Part shown: positions 57,924-64,000 of the stretch, piece by piece
Numbering within the stretch: position 1 is the first letter of the stretch
Layout: each line of letters starts with the position of its first letter
DNA from: Auanema rhodensis
Taxonomy: Eukaryota; Animalia; Nematoda
Reading direction: 5' to 3'
Assembly (NCBI GenBank): GCA_964057225.1
Contig: OZ059896.1
Location: 9,362,001 to 9,426,000 of the forward strand
DNA: 64,000 bases
Made by a program: the position numbers and the translations under genes
Notes under the pieces: generated by a model
What the model was told of the DNA's origin: nothing
The model's input: only the letters and a program-made list of their open reading frames with translations
Databases searched by the model: none

Positions 57924-59128
57924 GTTCTTTTGAAGGATTTTAGTCCAAAATCATTAGAGTACCATGTCACTGTATGTTTTATCGATAAACTACACTTTTT
58001 CTATTGACCACTAGTTTGTTGGAGCCCAATTGATCTGGCGCCATGTATGCTAGCACATCATAAGGTCTTGTGGTGTAGTGGTTATCACGTCTGCTTTACA
58101 CGCAGAAGGTCGTCGGTTCGAACCCGGCCAAGACCTGTTCTTTTGAAGGATTTTAGTCCAAAATCATTAGAGTACCATGTCACTGTATGTTTTATCGATA
58201 AACTACACTTTTTCTATTGACCACTAGTTTGTTGGAGCCCAATTGATCTGGCGCCATGTATGCTAGCACACCATAAGGTCTTGTGGTGTAGTGGTTATCA
58301 CGTCTGCTTTACACGCAGAAGGTCGTCGGTTCGAACCCGGCCAAGACCTGTTCTTTTGAAGGATTTTAATCCAAAATCAGCAGAGTACCGTGTCACTGTA
58401 TGTTTTATCGATAAACTACACTTTTCCTATTGACCACTAGTTTGTTGGAGTCCAATTCATCTGGCGCCATGTATGCTAGCACATCATAAGGTCTTGTGGT
58501 GTAGTGGTTATCACGTCTGCTTTACACGCAGAAGGTCGTCGGTTCGAACCCGGCCAAGACCTGTTCTTTTGAAGGATTTTAATCCAAAATCATCAGAGTA
58601 CCGTGTCACTGTATGTTTTATCGATAAACTTCATTTTTCCTATTGACCACTAGTTTGTTGGAGTCCAATTCATCTGGCGCCATGTATGCTAGCACATCAT
58701 AAGGTCTTGTGGTGTAGTGGTTATCACGTCTGCTTTACACGCAGAAGGTCGTCGGTTCGAACCCGGCCAAGACCTGTTCTTTTGAAGGATTTTAATCCAA
58801 AATCATCAGAGTACCGTGTCACTGTATGTTTTATCGATAAACTTCATTTTTCCTATTGACCACTAGTTTGTTGGAGTCCAATTCATCTGGCGCCATGTAT
58901 GCTAGCACATCATAAGGTCTTGTGGTGTAGTGGTTATCACGTCTGCTTTACACGCAGAAGGTCGTCGGTTCGAACCCGGCCAAGACCTGTTCTTTTGAAG
59001 GATTTTAATCCAAAATCATTAGAGTACCGTGTCACTGTATGTTTTATCGATAAACTTCATTTTTCCTATTGACCACTAGTTTGTTGGAGCCCAATTGATC
59101 TGGCGCCATGTATGCTAGCACATCATAA

Positions 59129-59201
59129 GGTCTTTTGGTGTAGTGGTTATCACGTCTGCTTTACACGCAGAAGGTCGTCGGTTCGAACCCGGCCAAGACC
59201 T
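59129..59201 (+). tRNA. tRNA-Val(TAC) variant G7>T with acceptor-stem mismatch (copy 7; repeated at 62537-62609)
   Basis: GGTCTTTTGG instead of GGTCTTGTGG. Confidence 0.85.
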
Positions 59202-60619
59202 GTGCTTTTGAAGGATTTTAGTCCAAAATCATTAGAGTACCGTGTCACTGTATGTTTTATCGATAAACTACACTTTTCCTATTGACCACTAGTTTGTTGG
59301 AGTCCAATTCATCTGGCGCCATGTATGCTAGCACATCATAAGGTCTTGTGGTGTAGTGGTTATCACGTCTGCTTTACACGCAGAAGGTCGTCGGTTCGAA
59401 CCCGGCCAAGACCTGTGCTTTTGAAGGATTTTAGTCCAAAATCATAAGAGTACCGTCTCACTGTATGTTTTATCGATAAACTACATTTTTCCTATTGTAC
59501 ACTAGTTTGTTGGAGCCCAATTGATCTGGCGCCATGTATGCTAGCACATCATAAGGTCTTGTGGTGTAGTGGTTATCACGTCTGCTTTACACGCAGAAGG
59601 TCGTCGGTTCGAACCCGGCCAAGACCTGTTCTTTTGAAGGATTTTAATCCAAAATCATCAGAGTACCGTGTCACTGTATGTTTTATCGATAAACTACATT
59701 TTTCCTATTGACCACTAGTTTGTTGGAGCCCAATTGATCCGGCGCCATGTATGCTAGCACATCATAAGGTCTTGTGGTGTAGTGGTTATCACGTCTGCTT
59801 TACACGCAGAAGGTCGTCGGTTCGAACCCGGCCAAGACCTGTTCTTTTGAAGGATTTTAATCCAAAATCATCACAGTACCGTGTCACTGTATGTTTTATC
59901 GATAAACTACACTTTTCCTATTGACCACTAGTTTGTTGGAGCCCAATTGATCTGGCGCCATGTATGCTACCACATCATAAGGTCTTGTGGTGTAGTGGTT
60001 ATCACGTCTGCTTTACACGCAGAAGGTCGTCGGTTCGAACCCGGCCAAGACCTGTTCTTTTGAAGGAATTTAATCCAAAATCATTAGAATACCGTGTCAC
60101 TGTATGTTTTATCGATAAACTACATTTTTCCTATTGACCACTAGTTTGTTGGAGCCCAATTGATCCGGCGCCATGTATGCTAGCACATCATAAGGTCTTG
60201 TGGTGTAGTGGTTATCACGTCTGCTTTACACGCAGAAGGTCGTCGGTTCGAACCCGGCCAAGACCTGTTCTTTTGAAGGATTTTAATCCAAAATCATCAG
60301 AGTACCGTGTCACTGTATGTTTTATCGATAAACTACATTTTTCCTATTGACCACTAGTTTGTTGGAGCCCAATTGATCTGGCGCCATGTATGCTAGGAGA
60401 TCATAAGGTCTTGTGGTGTAGTGGTTATCACGTCTGCTTTACACGCAGAAGGTCGTCGGTTCGAACCCGGCCAAGACCTGTTCTTTTGAAGGATTTTAAT
60501 CCAAAATCATAAGAGTACCGTCTCACTGTATGTTTTATCGATAAACTACACTTTTCCTATTGACCACTAGTTTGTTGGAGTCCAATTCATCTGACGCCAC
60601 GTTTGCTAGCACATCATAA

Positions 60620-60692
60620 GGTCTTGTGGTGTAGTGGTTATCACGTCTGCTTCACACGCAGAAGGTCGCCGGTTCGAACCCGGCCAAGACCT
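60620..60692 (+). tRNA. tRNA-Val(CAC), copy 14
   Basis: TCTGC-TT[CAC]AC-GCAGA with T-stem GCCGG/CCGGC. Confidence 0.95.
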
Positions 60693-60832
60693 GTGCTTTT
60701 GAAGGATTTTAGTCCAAAATCATTAGAGTACCGTGTCACTGTATGTTTTATCGATAAACTACACTTTTCCTATTGACCACTAGTTTGTTGGAGTCCAATT
60801 CATCTGGCGCCACGTTTGCTAGCACATCATAA

Positions 60833-60905
60833 GGTCTTGTGGTGTAGTGGTTATCACGTCTGCTTCACACGCAGAAGGTCGCCGGTTCGAACCCGGCCAA
60901 GACCT
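60833..60905 (+). tRNA. tRNA-Val(CAC), copy 15
   Basis: TCTGC-TT[CAC]AC-GCAGA with T-stem GCCGG/CCGGC. Confidence 0.95.
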
Positions 60906-61897
60906 GTGCTTTTGAAGGATTTTAGTCCAAAATCATAAGAGTACCGTCTCACTGTATGTTTTATCGATAAACTAAATTTTTCCTATTGTACACTAGTTTG
61001 TTGGAGCCCAATTGATCTGGCGCCATGTATGCTACCACATTATAAGGTCTTGTGGTGTAGTGGTTATCACGTCTGCTTTACACGCAGAAGGTCGTCGGTT
61101 CGAACCCGGCCAAGACCTGTTCTTTTGAAGGATTTTAATCCAAAATCATAAGAGTACCGTCTCACTGTATGTTTTATCGATAAACTACATTTTTCCTATT
61201 GAACACTAGTTTGTTGGAGCCCAATTGATCTGGCGCCATGTATGCTAGGACATCATAAGGTCTTGTGGTGTAGTGGTTATCACGTCTGCTTTACACGCAG
61301 AAGGTCGTCGGTTCGAACCCGGCCAAGACCTGTTCTTTTGAAGGATTTTAATCCAAAATCATCAGAGTACCGTGTCACTGTATGTTTTATCGATAAACTA
61401 CATTTTTCCTATTGAACACTAGTTTGTTGGAGCCCAATTGATCTGGCGCCATGTATGCTAGCACGTCATAAGGTCTTGTGGTGTAGTGGTTATCACATCT
61501 GCTTTACACGCAGAAGGTCGTCGGTTCGAACCCGGCCAAGACCTGTTCTTTTGAAGGATTTTAATCCAAAATCATCACAGTACCGTGTCACTGTATGTTT
61601 TATCGATAAACTACATTTTTCCTATTGAACACTAGTTTGTTGGAGCCCAATTGATCTGGCGCCATGTATGCTAGCACGTCATAAGGTCTTGTGGTGTAGT
61701 GGTTATCACGTCTGCTTTACACGCAGAAGGTCGTCGGTTCGAACCCGGCCAAGACCTGTTCTTTTGAAGGATTTTAATCCAAAATCATCACAGTACCGTG
61801 TCACTGTATGTTTTATCGATAAATTACACTTTTCCTATTGACCACTAGTTTGTTGGAGCCCAATTGATCTGGCGCCATGTATGCTACCACATCATAA

Positions 61898-61970
61898 GGT
61901 CTTGTGGTGTAGTGGTTATCACGTCTGCTTCACACGCAGAAGGTCGCCGGTTCGAACCCGGCCAAGACCT
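61898..61970 (+). tRNA. tRNA-Val(CAC), copy 20
   Basis: TCTGC-TT[CAC]AC-GCAGA with T-stem GCCGG/CCGGC. Confidence 0.95.
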
Positions 61971-64000
61971 GTTCTTTTGAAAGATTTTAATCCAAAATCA
62001 TTACAGTACCGTGTCACTGTATGTTTTATCGATAAACTTCATTTTTCCTATTGACCACTAGTTTGTTGGAGTCCAATTCATCTGGCGCCATGTATGCTAG
62101 CACATCATAAGGTCTTGTGGTGTAGTGGTTATCACGTCTGCTTTACACGCAGAAGGTCGTCGGTTCGAACCCGGCCAAGACCTGTTCTTTTGAAGGATTT
62201 TAATCCAAAATCATCAGAGTACCGTGTCACTGTATGTTTTATCGATAAACTTCATTTTTCCTATTGACCACTAGTTTGTTGGAGTCCAATTCATCTGGCG
62301 CCATGTATGCTAGCACATCATAAGGTCTTGTGGTGTAGTGGTTATCACGTCTGCTTTACACGCAGAAGGTCGTCGGTTCGAACCCGGCCAAGACCTGTTC
62401 TTTTGAAGGATTTTAATCCAAAATCATTAGAGTACCGTGTCACTGTATGTTTTATCGATAAACTTCATTTTTCCTATTGACCACTAGTTTGTTGGAGCCC
62501 AATTGATCTGGCGCCATGTATGCTAGCACATCATAAGGTCTTTTGGTGTAGTGGTTATCACGTCTGCTTTACACGCAGAAGGTCGTCGGTTCGAACCCGG
62601 CCAAGACCTGTGCTTTTGAAGGATTTTAGTCCAAAATCATTAGAGTACCGTGTCACTGTATGTTTTATCGATAAACTACACTTTTCCTATTGACCACTAG
62701 TTTGTTGGAGTCCAATTCATCTGGCGCCATGTATGCTAGCACATCATAAGGTCTTGTGGTGTAGTGGTTATCACGTCTGCTTTACACGCAGAAGGTCGTC
62801 GGTTCGAACCCGGCCAAGACCTGTGCTTTTGAAGGATTTTAGTCCAAAATCATAAGAGTACCGTCTCACTGTATGTTTTATCGATAAACTACATTTTTCC
62901 TATTGTACACTAGTTTGTTGGAGCCCAATTGATCTGGCGCCATGTATGCTAGCACATCATAAGGTCTTGTGGTGTAGTGGTTATCACGTCTGCTTTACAC
63001 GCAGAAGGTCGTCGGTTCGAACCCGGCCAAGACCTGTTCTTTTGAAGGATTTTAATCCAAAATCATCAGAGTACCGTGTCACTGTATGTTTTATCGATAA
63101 ACTACATTTTTCCTATTGACCACTAGTTTGTTGGAGCCCAATTGATCCGGCGCCATGTATGCTAGCACATCATAAGGTCTTGTGGTGTAGTGGTTATCAC
63201 GTCTGCTTTACACGCAGAAGGTCGTCGGTTCGAACCCGGCCAAGACCTGTTCTTTTGAAGGATTTTAATCCAAAATCATCACAGTACCGTGTCACTGTAT
63301 GTTTTATCGATAAACTACACTTTTCCTATTGACCACTAGTTTGTTGGAGCCCAATTGATCTGGCGCCATGTATGCTACCACATCATAAGGTCTTGTGGTG
63401 TAGTGGTTATCACGTCTGCTTTACACGCAGAAGGTCGTCGGTTCGAACCCGGCCAAGACCTGTTCTTTTGAAGGAATTTAATCCAAAATCATTAGAATAC
63501 CGTGTCACTGTATGTTTTATCGATAAACTACATTTTTCCTATTGACCACTAGTTTGTTGGAGCCCAATTGATCCGGCGCCATGTATGCTAGCACATCATA
63601 AGGTCTTGTGGTGTAGTGGTTATCACGTCTGCTTTACACGCAGAAGGTCGTCGGTTCGAACCCGGCCAAGACCTGTTCTTTTGAAGGATTTTAATCCAAA
63701 ATCATCAGAGTACCGTGTCACTGTATGTTTTATCGATAAACTACATTTTTCCTATTGACCACTAGTTTGTTGGAGCCCAATTGATCTGGCGCCATGTATG
63801 CTAGGAGATCATAAGGTCTTGTGGTGTAGTGGTTATCACGTCTGCTTTACACGCAGAAGGTCGTCGGTTCGAACCCGGCCAAGACCTGTTCTTTTGAAGG
63901 ATTTTAATCCAAAATCATAAGAGTACCGTCTCACTGTATGTTTTATCGATAAACTACACTTTTCCTATTGACCACTAGTTTGTTGGAGTCCAATTCATCT

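Larger units (their letters stand above)
57733..64000 (+). repeat. 213-bp tandem repeat array, one tRNA-Val gene per unit, at least 29 units, running off the window end
   Basis: tRNA starts at 57851+213n for n=0..28 (57851, 58064, 58277 ... 63815); spacers differ only by substitutions. Confidence 0.98.

Noticed and set aside
57733-64000. CRISPR-like or protein-coding interpretation of the 213-bp (71-codon) repeat
   Set aside because: Spacers are near-identical rather than unique, the unit folds as a tRNA, the context is eukaryotic, and the ORF track shows no ORF there.
41644-64000. Functional link between DNMT2 and the nearby tRNA-Val array
   Set aside because: They are 15 kb apart with unrelated genes between. 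The array tRNAs have U32 and U/C34, unlike typical DNMT2 substrates (Asp-GUC, Gly-GCC, Val-AAC).

Overview
AT-rich nematode genomic DNA, probably a clade V rhabditid and not C. elegans because it retains DNMT2. It is gene-dense with ~45-50 nt introns, so the supplied ORF track shows only exon fragments. Genes reconstructed by hand, in order: alh-13 (P5CS), a C1GALT1-like galactosyltransferase, two MSP-domain genes, a secreted saposin-like/bacterial AmiD-type peptidoglycan amidase plus a chimeric pseudogenised paralog, a GT43 glucuronosyltransferase with two alternative VWHT terminal exons, pan-1, a cuticle collagen, ced-5, an ePHD-finger gene, HDHD5/CECR5, a small CS-domain-like gene, DNMT2, cyl-1, an FkbM-like gene, a P-glycoprotein, an uncharacterised ~340 aa gene and the 3' end of a TRPM channel. 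The last 6.3 kb is an indel-free 213-bp tandem array with 29 tRNA-Val genes (26 TAC, 3 CAC) and a 16-unit higher-order duplication, lying antisense in an apparent TRPM intron. The strongest novelty candidates are the intron-containing saposin-amidase-peptidoglycan-binding fusion (likely a domesticated bacterial gene) and the intronic tRNA-Val array with anticodon switching. All homology calls come from motif recognition and memory; no searches were run.
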